Below, in pieces: positions 11,053 through 23,058 of a DNA stretch of 48,025 nt. The stretch lies in the NCBI GenBank assembly GCA_026023565.1, contig JAPETS010000026.1, forward strand, positions 434,001 through 482,025. The letters run 5' to 3'. A program made the translations under genes and the position numbers. The notes below the pieces were generated by a model. That model had not been told where the DNA came from, did no database searches, and worked only from the letters and a program-made list of their open reading frames with translations. This stretch comes from Cirrosporium novae-zelandiae. Lineage: Eukaryota. Positions within the stretch are counted from its first letter, which is position 1. Each line of letters begins with the position of its first letter.

Positions 11053-12600
11053 TTATCAAACATGGAGCTCACACTCGGGTTCATAGGGCATCGATACTAA
11101 TATATTTCCAAGAGTCTATCTGATAGGGTCAATAAACTCTTGGTGACACATCTTTTGACGTCCGACAAACCAGTTGCAGCCTCCAAGAGCTCACCAAGAC
11201 CACAGATTACTTTCATATTCTCCAGCCATATCAACAGAAAGGCAAGAATCATTTGTGCAATAATCACACCAGGTAATATTTTCGAAGGCTCTTGATAGCT
11301 TATATATATTTCATTCCTGCACATGGTCAAAAGGAAAGGTGTCTGTCTACTTCCCGATCTCCTTTGCCATTAGCAAAGACAGTTGCAGCAAGACTTTAAC
11401 AGTAACCCGATATTTCATAGAAGGGAGGTTAAAGCAGACCGAGCAGGGACTACCCTTTAGTTCCTGTCTCCAAAATAAACCTACTACAGTTATTGAATAT
11501 TTACCCTCAACCCTGAATGCTAAGCCCTTCATGATTTTTGCGAAATAATCTCATTGGTCTCGATATTCCCAAGCTAGGCTAGCAACCTTAAAGGAAGCTC
11601 TCGTTCTCACAGTGAAATCGATTTGCGAGATTGTCCCTCAGTGTTTCTCCTCTATCAATTCAGGGTCCATTTCAAAGGTCCGCTGATACATTTGTATAAC
11701 CCCTTTCTCTCAAGGGCTAATCATGAAGGGAAAGCGGTCTAAATTTTCAAATTCAACTTTGATTCCACTGAGTTTTCCACAACATCTCGTGATATTGAAT
11801 GCAGATATGTGCAGTTATTGCTATCTCGGTCGCTTCTCGGTGGTATCTACTATACCGGTCTATGTTTCGTGTCAGGTCATGGTCATAATTGATGAGCATC
11901 CGTCGGCGAGACAGTTTAGCGGGTTTCTATAAGAGCCGACTGTCGATGCGAATTTTTGAGTCAAGAGGTATATTGTGAGCATTGGTGGGCTGTCATTAAG
12001 GGCACCGAAAACTCGCGACTCTTAATCAAATGAACAAATTGGTCCGATCCTAAGGTAGATGACAGTTAGCGATGAGTTGCAACGCGACCCAGGACAGTTC
12101 GCCGATCGAAAAGAAACGGGATCATTCCCACATAGCCTTGCGCTCAATCATGACTCTGCTTCCGATACACACGTCAGGGCTCACTAGTAGCCTTTCTCTT
12201 CCCTGTTTTCTTTCTGAGCCCTTGCCTCCTCCTAGAGCCAATCGCTCGTCAGCCACGTTGTTGCAATTTTTGCTGAAATTCTGGGACGCCAGTTCATCCA
12301 AAGGTGCCCTCCTGATCCTACTGTATTTGAAGTATGACTGAATTACTCGGTTATGTGAAGTAGCATTCTTGCAATATCATTAAATGTACGGGTATCAATT
12401 AATGCTCTATCTCTACCCAGACGTATAGACTGCATAGCCCCTCGAAGTAAGGCTACGTCCATAATCAAGAAACCGGTCAAAAAGAAGACCAAGTATTTGG
12501 GAAGCCCTGAAAAAAATGATGTGTTCAAAGAATAGGCTTGAGAATTGAGTGATGGACAGAACAAGAAAACTATAATTTCTCTTGCGGGGGATAATGCTGC
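11053..12600 (-). pseudogene. Decayed fungal F-box protein gene
   Basis: F-box-like motif FFSGLPKYLVFFLTGFLIMDVALLRGAMQSI (~12516-12424). Internal LSWVALQLIANCH and HICIQYHEMLWKTQW segments and C-terminal CDYCTND...WSW*ALGGC (~11268-11176) resemble the CxxCxTD...WxxLG motif of an expanded ascomycete F-box family. Many in-frame stops (mostly TGA) and at least two frame changes. Confidence 0.5.
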
Positions 12601-13238
12601 ACCAGTAATGAGTATTCACCGTAAGGATGGCTGTGCCACGCCTCGCTCAGCATATGAAAAAATATGAATTACCAACGTTGGGCATGATCAACCTTGGAGA
12701 ATCGTTCGTACCGTTGATTTTCCATCTCGCATGCAGTAACCCGGCGCATAATGGCGATGTACATGCCCACGTAAGAACAGGGAGTGGGTAAGACTATCAG
12801 ACGCCAATGTCCAAGAATTTCATCTCAGTAAGTTGGGCTCAGCGACTGGATATGAAAAAGCACAATTGTTTTGGAAAATAGGAAGTATGCTTAGTGAAAA
12901 GCCTCCACGCTATTGTAACTACCCAGATAGTCTTGCCGATATCTATCAAGTGGCGGGGTATTATCTCCTAATCACGAGTCACCACCACCAGAGGTAATAT
13001 CCTAGTTCTACTCCACCTAATACAACAACATCACGTTTAACAACATATATGATAGCATAGGGTCAACATGGATGACATATTCTTTAGGGGTAAGCCCTTG
13101 CCATTCTACTGACATCTGGTCCGCAAAATCCAATTGCATTACCTTAATGCCCTGATCTACTCTTAGTTTTTAATCAACCTGGGATAGATTGAATAACACC
13201 CCAGCCAACATAGGCTTAGAAAAGGCACAAAGGCTTGA

Positions 13239-13937
13239 ATGCTACTGAACCAGGTAAGTGGATCTTACAACCCAGGAAAACACGCGGAAATGAAATATCG
13301 ATTGGTAGGTGAATATGGAACCAAAGTCAAGGACCATGAAGCCTCCTGGACAAAACTACCAAAAAGAGAAAGAGAGAAAAGAAACCCTATCATACAACCC
13401 TCTAGCCTACCGAATGACTTGCATACTGTATTAGAATTCATACAACTAAAGTTGCTGAGTAGAACTCTTGCTGACGTACTTAGGTATCTAGTAATGGGGC
13501 GCGTATAGCTTGGTAGCCTTACGCGTGAATTCTAGCCTTACTACGATGGGGCTCCCTACCTTGAGCTTCCCGTTCAACAATCTGCACAAGTGATATGTGA
13601 TGAAAAAGGTCCATTAAGTGTCGATCATGGTAATCTACTATAGATGAATGTGACGATAGTTGCCGCCCATGTGGGAACAGCCTTGCAGAATCTTATTATG
13701 GATCCACGGGACGGCGCTGAGCAAAAGCCGTGGATTGGTTTATATGTCCCAGGACTGGAATGTTGTGCTTAGTTCGGCGATCTTGTACTACCTTAGAGAA
13801 TAAGCTATTTCTGCATCCTTTGGGCTACGCGAAATAATCGATCTTGTCTTGTTCTAGAAGCTTTATGAGTGGTGACCTTTAATGAAGTACAGAAGGTGAG
13901 CAGGAGTGCAAGATGCTTCTATGTCAAAGTAAGGTAA
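13239..13937 (+). pseudogene. Frame interrupted by five successive TAG codons
   Basis: From ATG 13239 the frame has TAG at 13506, 13533, 13641, 13770 and 13794, and no TAA/TGA until TGA 13866. A branch/acceptor-like GCTGAC...TAG lies at ~13470-13482. Confidence 0.3.
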
Positions 13938-14569
13938 ACTTGCCACCGGTTTGGATCTGGATAGGGTCCACAATATCATCAAGCTTGAGAAAAGCCATAC
14001 TGTCAACCTTGAATCTGATGCTGCTATCTATTTTTTCCTAGGAAACAATATCCGCGCCTCCACTCGTTCTTGTGTAGAAGAATATACACTACTGTGCTTT
14101 AGTTGTTCCCATGATTACTGCTTGCCCTATTGCCCTTTTTTAGTCAAGATATCAACTAACTACAGCACTGCCACCTATACATCCTCCTATTCAATATATT
14201 TCCTCTTAACAGCGCCGCTGATATTGGTTTGCCCTCACCTAGGCCTCCTGTACTGGAAACCCAACTACTACGCTCTGTTGAAACCTATCCACTCTTTTTG
14301 AAATATCAACAAGATACTTCATTACACATCAGTGTTTTTGGACTTTGTTCCATTTACCACCAGTGAGTTGCCTCAAAGATTGCGGCTATGCTTTATGTTT
14401 TGAATTTGAGTACAGCGCCCTGTATAGGATCTTGCTTCATTCCATTAACTACCTTGACCTTTGATAATATGACGTCTACTATAGATGGAAGAGCTTTTTC
14501 GATGCTTGGTAGTCCTTGTGCGATTGCCCTCCTTATTAGCACAGTGGATCAAAGGACTTTTGTTCACCT

Positions 14570-14826
14570 TATAAAACGATGAATTCCCAGCTTCCTAGAA
14601 TATAAGACATCACTCAACGACCGAAGTCCTTACAATCCGAACTCTCCACTCTCCTCACTACAGTTCTCTTTTCCTATCTACTCTATTATCTTCTTCAGAA
14701 AAACGTTAAAAAAACGTTTCATCCCTTTAATCTGCAATGTAAGAGCGACCCCAATCAAGAATCTCCTCCATCTGACCTAGTCCTCAGTTCTTACTCAAGC
14801 AATATACAATCCGTCAAAAAAAAATC
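14570..14826 (+). promoter_or_regulatory. Core promoter and 5' UTR intron of the first zinc-ribbon gene
   Basis: TATAAAA at 14570-14576, CT-rich tract ~14640-14700, candidate intron 14739-14787 (GTAAGA...CTGAC...CAG), A-rich Kozak context AAAATCATG. Confidence 0.5.
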
Positions 14827-15174
14827 ATGTCAACCTGGAACTGCTGCTTCTGTTCCAGCTCCGGACAGTTGAGTGCCAATACCACACGCTGTATAGTCTG
14901 TGGCCATGAAAGATGCGCCTTTTGTGGAACCGGCCGCCCCGGCCTAGAACATCAGCATGTTGACCAGGTCATTACCTCCTCCAACAGCAGCACTGGTCCT
15001 GTAAACCCATTCCCCGAGCCCAGCTACCCGGTCCAGTCCCGGCCTTCGACAAGGAGGTGGTGGAGGTGGAAATGCTGTCAGTGCCATGGGGGATTGCATA
15101 ATCCCAAAATTTGCCCAGCATGTCCCATGTGTAGGCATGTTAAGTGCCCAAATTGTGAAGTTTCATCGCATTGA
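14827..15174 (+). CDS. Small protein with two Cys/His zinc-ribbon modules (115 aa), uncharacterised
   Basis: Two copies of WxCCxC-x12-CxxCxHxxCxxC (WNCCFC...CIVCGHERCAFC; WKCCQC...CPMCRHVKCPNC) joined by a Pro/Ser linker; good start context; related gene at 22630. Confidence 0.85.
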   Translation: MSTWNCCFCSSSGQLSANTTRCIVCGHERCAFCGTGRPGLEHQHVDQVITSSNSSTGPVNPFPEPSYPVQSRPSTRRWWRWKCCQCHGGLHNPKICPACPMCRHVKCPNCEVSSH

Positions 15175-16252
15175 CAGCCTGACCCTCAACCAAAGGCTCC
15201 AACAGAACATTGAGGGACGAGATATCAAGCCATGAATATCGTTAACGTTTTTCACTTCCACATGTTTAATTGTCGTCGTTAACTTCTCCTTCTTGCTTGC
15301 TATGTTGTTATTACCGTTCGCGATTTGTTATCACACACAAAAAAAAAATCAAACCCCCTGTCTTCCAGGGCGACACAACAAGGCAAAACAGCACACGTAG
15401 GGTCTAGCAGTCCCTTCGCAATCTCTCTCTCGAAGATCCACAGAACGACTCGAGAAACAGCAGCAGCAGCCCTCCCAAGACGATCAAAAAAAAATTGTAT
15501 TCTTGCATGTCTTACACACTTTTATTATCACGTCCCCCTTATGGCTTATGACTTCTTCCAACAACAACAACCTGTCTTACTACACAAACCACCATATCCG
15601 CCAGCGTTTTCAACACCAACACCGACACCAGCACCGACACCAACAACAGACAACAGACAACAGAAAACATGAGGCTACAAACAGAACTCAACATTGTAAC
15701 TCAAGAAACAAAACAAAACAGTCAAAACTTGAGACCCCTCTAAACACCTACTACACACTCATCTTTTTCATCACCTTTTTTTGCTTCCATCACCCTGTAT
15801 TATTATCCTTTATCCCCCCTTTTTTATTTTATCCGTTTTATTTTTTCGAGTTTAGACTCACAATGTAAATGCGATGTATGCTATGCGATGACGTGATATA
15901 ATTTTTTGGCTTTTCTTTTGTCTTTGCCTTTTTCATTTTAGATCGGGGGATAGATCAGGGGGAGAAGAGAAGGGAGGGTCGGATCTCGAATAATCTCTAA
16001 TTACACGTTCTTTCTTTGGGAGGGGGGGGATTGGGGAATCCGAAATCTGAAATCTGAAATCTGAACTCTGGAGGTTCGGGGAAGGGGGGGAATAGAAGGG
16101 AAGGGGAAGAGGGGGCGGGATACGATCAACATTCAGAATCTGTCTGTACCTTTTCTTTGTACTTTAGTATTGTACCTGTACTGTATTTTTACTTGTACCA
16201 ACAAATCCAAATCTCTTAACCACAAAAGCCCTGAAGTACAAACTCTATCCTA

Positions 16253-16283
16253 TAAATAAATAAATAAATAAATAAATAAAATA
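16253..16283. repeat. (TAAA)n microsatellite
   Basis: About 7 tandem TAAA units. Confidence 0.9.
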
Positions 16284-16842
16284 ACCACATCATTTTCATC
16301 TTCATCTTTATTTTTATCTTTATACTCCGTAGTAGTAGAATTTATAAATTTATAAATCTACAAGAAAGGGAATTTCTGATTTCCGATTTTTACTTAATCT
16401 ATCTATTTCATAAACTCCCTCCCCCCCCCCCCCCTTCTGACGCCCTCTCTTGCCCTCTCTTGCCCTCTCTGCCCTTTTCATCATCTCATATTACTACCTA
16501 GTAGTATTAGCGCCCTTATATCTTCAGCTTCCAATGGCAACTTTAAGTTTAATACGGCCGTATTTTTTATTAAATTGGGAAAATGTGAGATGTGAGATGT
16601 GAGATCTGATGAAGAATCCCTCGAGGTAACACAGACCTTATCTAGACGTGGCACAAAACGAGCAGCTCATCTTCTCCCATCCCAGGTTCGAATATCTTGT
16701 CTCGGGTATTTTCATCTCATCTCGTGTTTTGTTTTTGTTTTTTTGTTTTTTTGTTTTTTTATTTTTTTTGTTTTTTTTGGCCCTGCGTGTGTGCTTATTT
16801 ATGCCTGCGCATACATACATATATCCATTACTATATCTATAA

Positions 16843-16875
16843 ATGGGATAGGATGGGATGGGATGGGATGGGATG
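16843..16875. repeat. (GGATG)n microsatellite
   Basis: About 6 tandem GGATG units. Confidence 0.9.
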
Positions 16876-18374
16876 CGTAACCAGCCAACGAACGAACCAA
16901 CAAGTTCAAATTCAGGTTCAGGTTGTACAATCCACCCGCCCACCTGTCACCTTGTCACCGATGATCTACGTATCTGTCAGCTGCCACTTAAAACCACAGA
17001 GCCTCAAGCCCCCTTTCCGGGGACTAAGGATCAGGGGTAATTTAATTCCAGGAGCCTCGATTTATAATAGGTAACACATACACACACGCACAAGCAGCCC
17101 TGATAACTAAGAAAAGAAGCCCACCCCCTCTCCCAAAAAAAGTAAAAAAGCAAAAAAATAAGGGAGGATGGATGTCTTAGAGTGAGTCGGGTTGGATTAT
17201 AGGTAGGGGCTGTGGTGTATGTGGTGTGTAACGGAGGATGGGAGGAAGGAGCCTCGCCCTGTTATCTTGTTTTTGTTTTTGTACACGTATATTATGTGTT
17301 GTTGTATAGGATGGATATTAATTTATTAATTACTGAAGAGAGAGAGAATGTGTGTGTGTGTGTGCGCGCGCACGCGTAGGTAATGGATAATAGATATAAT
17401 ATATAGTACTAAATATTGGGTAACTTACTTACTTGATTACTCAAATTACCCGTCCAGCCCTTAAATATTCTTAAAAAGAAAGAAGAAAAAAAATTTGGAG
17501 CTTGGTTACTTACCCCTAGCTGTTTAACCACGCCCTAGGCAGGGCGGCACGCCCCACTGCATGTATTATAAAACCCCGAATGATGACATAAATTCTGAAA
17601 TTGCCGAGATGACATCTGACAGCATGGAAAAGTCCCGGTATAGGGCCATCACAAAGCAGACAGACAACTAGGAAACACGTTTGTTTCCCATTTCTTTTCC
17701 TAGTTCCTGAAAAAAAGTGAAGCTGAGTGAGGGGGACGAGGCTGATCCTGTGGTGTGTGTGTGCCTGTAATGCCGTAGTAAGTTGGATGCTCCGGTGTTG
17801 GGTAACTTGTGTATGTATATATGTATGGGCGTTGAGTGTGTAACTATTTGAGAGTGGTTCTTGGTGATGGATGAATGTTGACACCTCTCTATGGTTGCCC
17901 TATAGGATTTAATCCCGTACATACACAACGGTTCTTTTGGGGGCTGACCGAGTGAAGCAAGGGAGCTTGTTTCTTCTTTTCCCTTTCCTTTTTTTTCTTC
18001 CCCGCTTTTCTTCTCTTTTCATGATCTAGAATTGTCAGTCACTGCCTCCACGTACGAATAAAACAAAATCAAATTTCTTTCCATAAAGTTAACGAAATTG
18101 CAGTACTCTTGTTGTGGGTTGGTTGCATTAAAAAGCTATCACCTACCCATCAACCGCATGTTCATTTCCTGCTTTATGTCCTTGAAATCTAAAATACCGT
18201 ATGTGCCAAAAGGGAAGAAATAATTATGAATAGTCGTCGTCGTTTGCATTACCAGCCCAAAATATACACATTGCTCGCCCCGCCCATGCAAATCCATTCT
18301 CGGGCTGTTTTAAACCAAAAAATTCCCTGTCCATGCTTGTGCGTTGTTGTATGTGCTTAGACTTATCCCAGAGG

Positions 18375-20367
18375 TTATCGCTCTGCTTCATTATTATTAA
18401 TATTTGCACGTTGAGGCTGTTGGTGAAGTTCTGTTTCTCCTTCATCAACTATACGCGGTTGGTCCGCTCTCCTTTGATTACTTCCTGGATTATCTGGACC
18501 CTGCGAGCCTCGTGTTGGTCTTATAACATCCCCAAAAGTCGCGTTTTGGGCCGAAACAATAGCATTCCTCAATAAAGGGTCATCAACAACCTTTAGTCCT
18601 CCAATGCCGAATTGCGAGCTTGTCGAGTGCCTCCTTCTTCTCCGCCTTCGCTTCCTTTTTGAAGAAGCGTGTGACTGACGGCTCTCTGTCCCCTCCCGTT
18701 GACCTTCCACCAAACCCCTAGCTTTTCGCCATCGAAGAATTGCTGGGTTGAGAAGATACATACTTTCTCCCTTCTCATGATCACAGCAGGGACTGTATTT
18801 CCAAGGCAGAATCCAATCCTTCCACTGAAAGCCCATGACTTGTTTCCAGTTTTCTAGAGAGCTTCCAAGATCCCAGGGATTCGAGCCCTTTTGGGTAGAG
18901 ATGACGGCAAACGTGCGCGGGGAGGTCTCATCAGCAAAAGTGACTGTCTGGAAGGGGAAGTTGGAAGGTCTGTATTGTTCAAAGCGAGGAATGTATACGG
19001 CAAATAAGTAGTTGCGGGTTCCACGACCAATGTCTTCGATTGTAGTACGGTTGGCAAGTATCAGTTTTACTGATGTGCTTGTCATGCCAATGGCAAAAAG
19101 GAAAAAGAGACCGGCGCTACATGTTTGTTAGCTATTATTTCTCTATAAGCTACCATGTTAAGAGATCTTTACAGAGCCATTGCTATTATCCAGAGGATGA
19201 CTTCAGAATGTGCAATCTGCCAAGATATTAGTATTTCCCCTAGACATTATAGAAACTGAAGGTCAAGGATGTGAACTGCGATGTTGATATAAGCTTTGCT
19301 GCTGACGTAGAGGATATAAGGTGACGAGTATGATCTACAATTAAGGCTGGGGTAAACTCGAATGAGGTGGTGTGGAAATTTCGGCTGACTGAGGATATTA
19401 TCCGAGTCGTAATACGAAGAAACCAATGAGACTAAAGGGTAGTTGTCAACTTACATTAGCCCCCATTTCCGCAATAAAAACGGCCAAAACGATTATAATG
19501 TATCCAGTAAAGACTGCGCCATAGGTAGTAAATTGTACAAAGAATTTGAAGTTGGTTTCGGAGATAATTCCCCCAACCCTGAGTAAAAAAAGTTAGTATA
19601 AGTCGAAATGGGTGGATTAATATGCCGGTTAAGTTGATGGTGGTGAAAGGCATACGCACCATGGGCAGAAATGGTCCATTTTGTACACACATCGACCTAC
19701 TTCTCTGCAATGGTGTGCTCGATCCGGCTTCCAGTTTAGGCAGACATCACACCATCTTGGACGACCGTTGTTGGCACACTGAAAAACATCCTTAGAGTAA
19801 AAGTACTCGAGGCCGGGAGGGGTCGATTCTGAATCCTCATTTGCATATGGAGAAGCTGGTATCCGAAATTCGTGATTATCCACCTGGTCATCCTCAGCAT
19901 CCTGCCCCTTTTCAGGTTTGTCCGAATGTTCAGGACTTGCTCTTGTATTTCTGCTCCCTCCCTTATGCGGCCGCCTTTGGGACCGTCGAGCCTCCTTCTT
20001 TAATCTCTGCTTCTCCTCCCATTTATCTCCGCGAGGGATGTATCCAGGGTTCGTTATGAGAGCTGCCAACAGCCTGAGGTACGCTACAATAATCACCAAC
20101 AGCAGGATAAAGTATACAACAATGATCCCAATAGCGGCCGACCTTCTTGGATCTCGATCAAAACCGTGCACGCGAGGATTAATCAGATAGTGAACTAGAA
20201 GATAAGTTAGTCTCGTTACAAGCTAATAGAATAGAATTTTGGGAGCGCGTACTGCAAAGAGGTTCAATCACAACATAAGTTCCAAAGCCAACGATAGCGA
20301 CAAGAATGAAGGGTATTATCCGCGACACCCATAAATTGGCGCATTTCTCGTCGCAAGCCATTGACAT
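18375..20367 (-). CDS. pfa5: DHHC-family palmitoyltransferase Pfa5 (about 519 aa; exons 20367-20253, 20194-19660, 19578-19455, 19216-19173, 19116-18375)
   Basis: Cys-rich domain [35 protein letters not shown] (DHFC variant), N-terminal [12 protein letters not shown], four hydrophobic TM segments, NRTTIE (TTxE) and NPWDLG motifs. Four GT-AG introns keep the frame (1560 nt total). Start may instead be ATG 20361. Confidence 0.93.
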
Positions 20368-22629
20368 GCATGAGCGTAAAAGTTTTGTTTACCGTAAACA
20401 ATCCATTGTGAGCTGAAAGTTGGATGAAGTAGAAGTGCCAGGGCCCTACCGAGTACTCTATGAGAACCCCGACGGAAATGACATCACCGACTACCGAGAT
20501 TACAAGCGACCGGTTCAATTGGACCGAACCCACTTCAACTACAATTCAATTTATACCCATCTCTCTCGTCTTCAGCGATGAAGAACCAACTTAGTGCTAC
20601 GCTGTTGGCCATGGGGATAATTGCAAAGACGCAGATATCATTTTCAGAAGAATGTTCTCAAGGCTTTTCTTGGCTATTGGTAAGGCTCTAGGCAACTAGC
20701 TTCTCGGCCTGATCAAGGTTACTAACAAGCTGAAGCTGAACCCAACTTCAAGTCATCTAACTATGTTGTCACACCGTTCTTCTTGTTAGCATCTCTCCAT
20801 GTGGCTTATACCTTTTCTGTTTTGTATTTCAGTATGCTTGGTGTTACTCTAAAGAGAAATTCTCTGGATCCCTGAGTTCTGTGAGCTTGAGGTTGAAGAT
20901 GAAAAGGATACACCTCTTCTTAATACATGATAAAGCAATATGAGGCTCTGGGTTCTTCTGAGGCTCTAAGGCTCTAAGGCTTTCCCTCTAGGGTACATAA
21001 AGGTCTACACAGCCCACATCCGCTGTATCTTCAGTCTCTTTCAGTCCCGTCATGGTTTGCCTCAGACACCCTTGAATGATGCCCTTTACGTTGCACAAGG
21101 CACTCCAGTCTTTTTAATCATTGGAACTATCGACCACTGAAGCTTCCAGGGCTTCTAAGGACCTGCTGCACTCCTACCTAACATTGATTACTAGTATTAA
21201 GGCTCATCTCGTGACATTAATCGACACGGCTGTGGAGGTCCGACGATACCTTGATACCTTGAGCGCAGCATTGTTTGTGTCACAATGAAACACCAAGAGA
21301 TATTTTTGCCTCCATTGAAGCTAGTAGGGCTTGAGATGCATATTAGCTTAACAGGGCTGAGATAGGCTCTGCCCTCTAGTTAACATTGCACGGTTTCAGA
21401 TTGGATAAATGTTTATGGTTATCTTCAACTCGAAGATGTTATGGGACCGGACGACGCGAAGGATTCAATAAACATTAGCACAATGCCAGTATTGCCTTGT
21501 ATGTTCCTGACCTTATTGTTGTTTGCCCAGCATAGCCATAGAGGAGCCTTGGAATTCAATTACATGATATGTTTTCTTGGCAAATTTGCCTAATTATTGA
21601 CATCATCTGTTTAACAAGTAGTTGGTTTTAGGTCCTCTGCCCTTTATTCTAATCAATCTATCTAGGCCGTGAAATTGACGCTTCGAATGCTCATTGAAGC
21701 CCCTTAATGACTCAGGCTCGTCGGCATTTGGAGGACAAGATCTGGCACCTATGCAACCTTACTTACCTTTACCTCGGTGAATTAGAGCAGTGGGATTGGA
21801 ACAACAACTGCTTACCCGCTCCATATGTTACCGCACAATTACCATTGAGTATAGCTATTGAGAAAAAAAACCCAGGAGGCAGATTAGCAGATCCTCTCAA
21901 GCCTCAGCCAATTGCGGTGACACTGAATATACGGTGAATAATTCTCACCTTTGTTGGAATAATATTCCTCGATAATTTGTGTTGTCCGTTGGAGAAAATG
22001 GCACATTCATCTCAACATTCACATGGCTTAGGCGGCAGGAGACGCCGTCTATGACTTTTACGCATTTGTGATATTGACTACTCAGCGGATCGAACATTTG
22101 TGCTTGTTACCAGGCAGCAATACGAGACAAAGGTCCATACTAGGATCTCTATAGGTTAACGCCTCAGGTTTAACGTTTAGGTCAAATCAATCACACACTG
22201 CAGTATGACAGATTCTGTATGAAGTCTATCTTTCTCTTTTGCATGTTTGCCTATGTGATGCCTTACTAACTGGTTTCAGGCGTCTTTCTTCCCCTCAGTC
22301 CAGAAGTGGTTTCCCAACGCCCTATCTGGATTGCCTGAGTCACAGAAAGCAATTCCTATCATACGTTAGAGGGCGGATATGAAAAAATTGTGAGATCGGA
22401 TTATGGCGAAGCAGTGGCTCTGGTGCCTATATTTCTATGTTAAAAGCCGTGCCGCTACCTCTTGTTTTTACATCCTATCCCTTGCGAATTAACCCTATAT
22501 ATTATATTATCTGCGCCGCACGATTTTCTCTATTCTAGTTAGTTGTTGATCATTATAACTTGAATAATCATTTCCATCTCCTCAGAAATCAAACAACTTA
22601 CAGCACCATTTCCTTAACAGTGCCTCAAA

Positions 22630-23058
22630 ATGCCACGCGCTACGCATTGGTACTGCTCAAACTGCAACGATGGCCCTCTATGTTTAAACAAAGACCTTGC
22701 TTGTCCAATATGTCAGCATTGGCGTTGCTCCGACTGCAGAGTAGTGACTATAAAACCTCGCCGGCGCGGTCACATCAACGCCACAGCCCATTCAAACCAA
22801 AGCTATATTCCTGGTTCACTATCAAGCGATTTATTTTCGATAGAGACTATCCAAACATTACCCGCAACCCCCGATCTTTTATGTGCTCCTGTTTCATATG
22901 CAGCCTACACACCAACACCAACACCAACACCAACAACATACCGGCCGAAGTACTCTTTTTGGTCATGTTGTAAGTGCGGAGGATCCACGAATTTAAACGG
23001 AGCAACACAATGCCCAATGTGTCACCATTACCACTGCGCATTCTGTAAACCATCATAA
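22630..23058 (+). CDS. Small protein with two Cys/His zinc-ribbon modules (142 aa), related to 14827-15174
   Basis: WYCSNC-x12-CPICQHWRCSDC and WSCCKC-x12-CPMCHHYHCAFC, Pro/Thr linker (TP repeat), CAAAATG Kozak context. Confidence 0.87.
   Translation: MPRATHWYCSNCNDGPLCLNKDLACPICQHWRCSDCRVVTIKPRRRGHINATAHSNQSYIPGSLSSDLFSIETIQTLPATPDLLCAPVSYAAYTPTPTPTPTTYRPKYSFWSCCKCGGSTNLNGATQCPMCHHYHCAFCKPS

Noticed and set aside
4983..12600. Selenocysteine/SECIS or mitochondrial-code explanation for in-frame TGA codons
   Set aside because: The hairpin belongs to hex-1, which has no internal TGA. The TGA-rich F-box relic also has TAG/TAA and frame changes. Sec machinery is not known in Dikarya and the sequence is not mitochondrial-like.
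15325..15868. ORFs 15325-15672 and 15503-15868, including a TPTPTP run resembling the linker of the 22630 protein
   Set aside because: TTG starts and low-complexity CA-rich sequence; the similarity is explained by ACACCA microsatellites.
16640..16710. GGTTCGAAT (tRNA T-loop/B-box-like) at ~16685
   Set aside because: No convincing acceptor stem, D-arm or cloverleaf around it.
16599..17928. Several hydrophobic or basic ORFs
   Set aside because: Products of poly-T/poly-A, GGATG and TG simple repeats; no motifs.
20760..21360. Possible decayed coding sequence upstream of pfa5
   Set aside because: Both strands give similarly protein-like fragments with mixed stops; strand and identity cannot be assigned.
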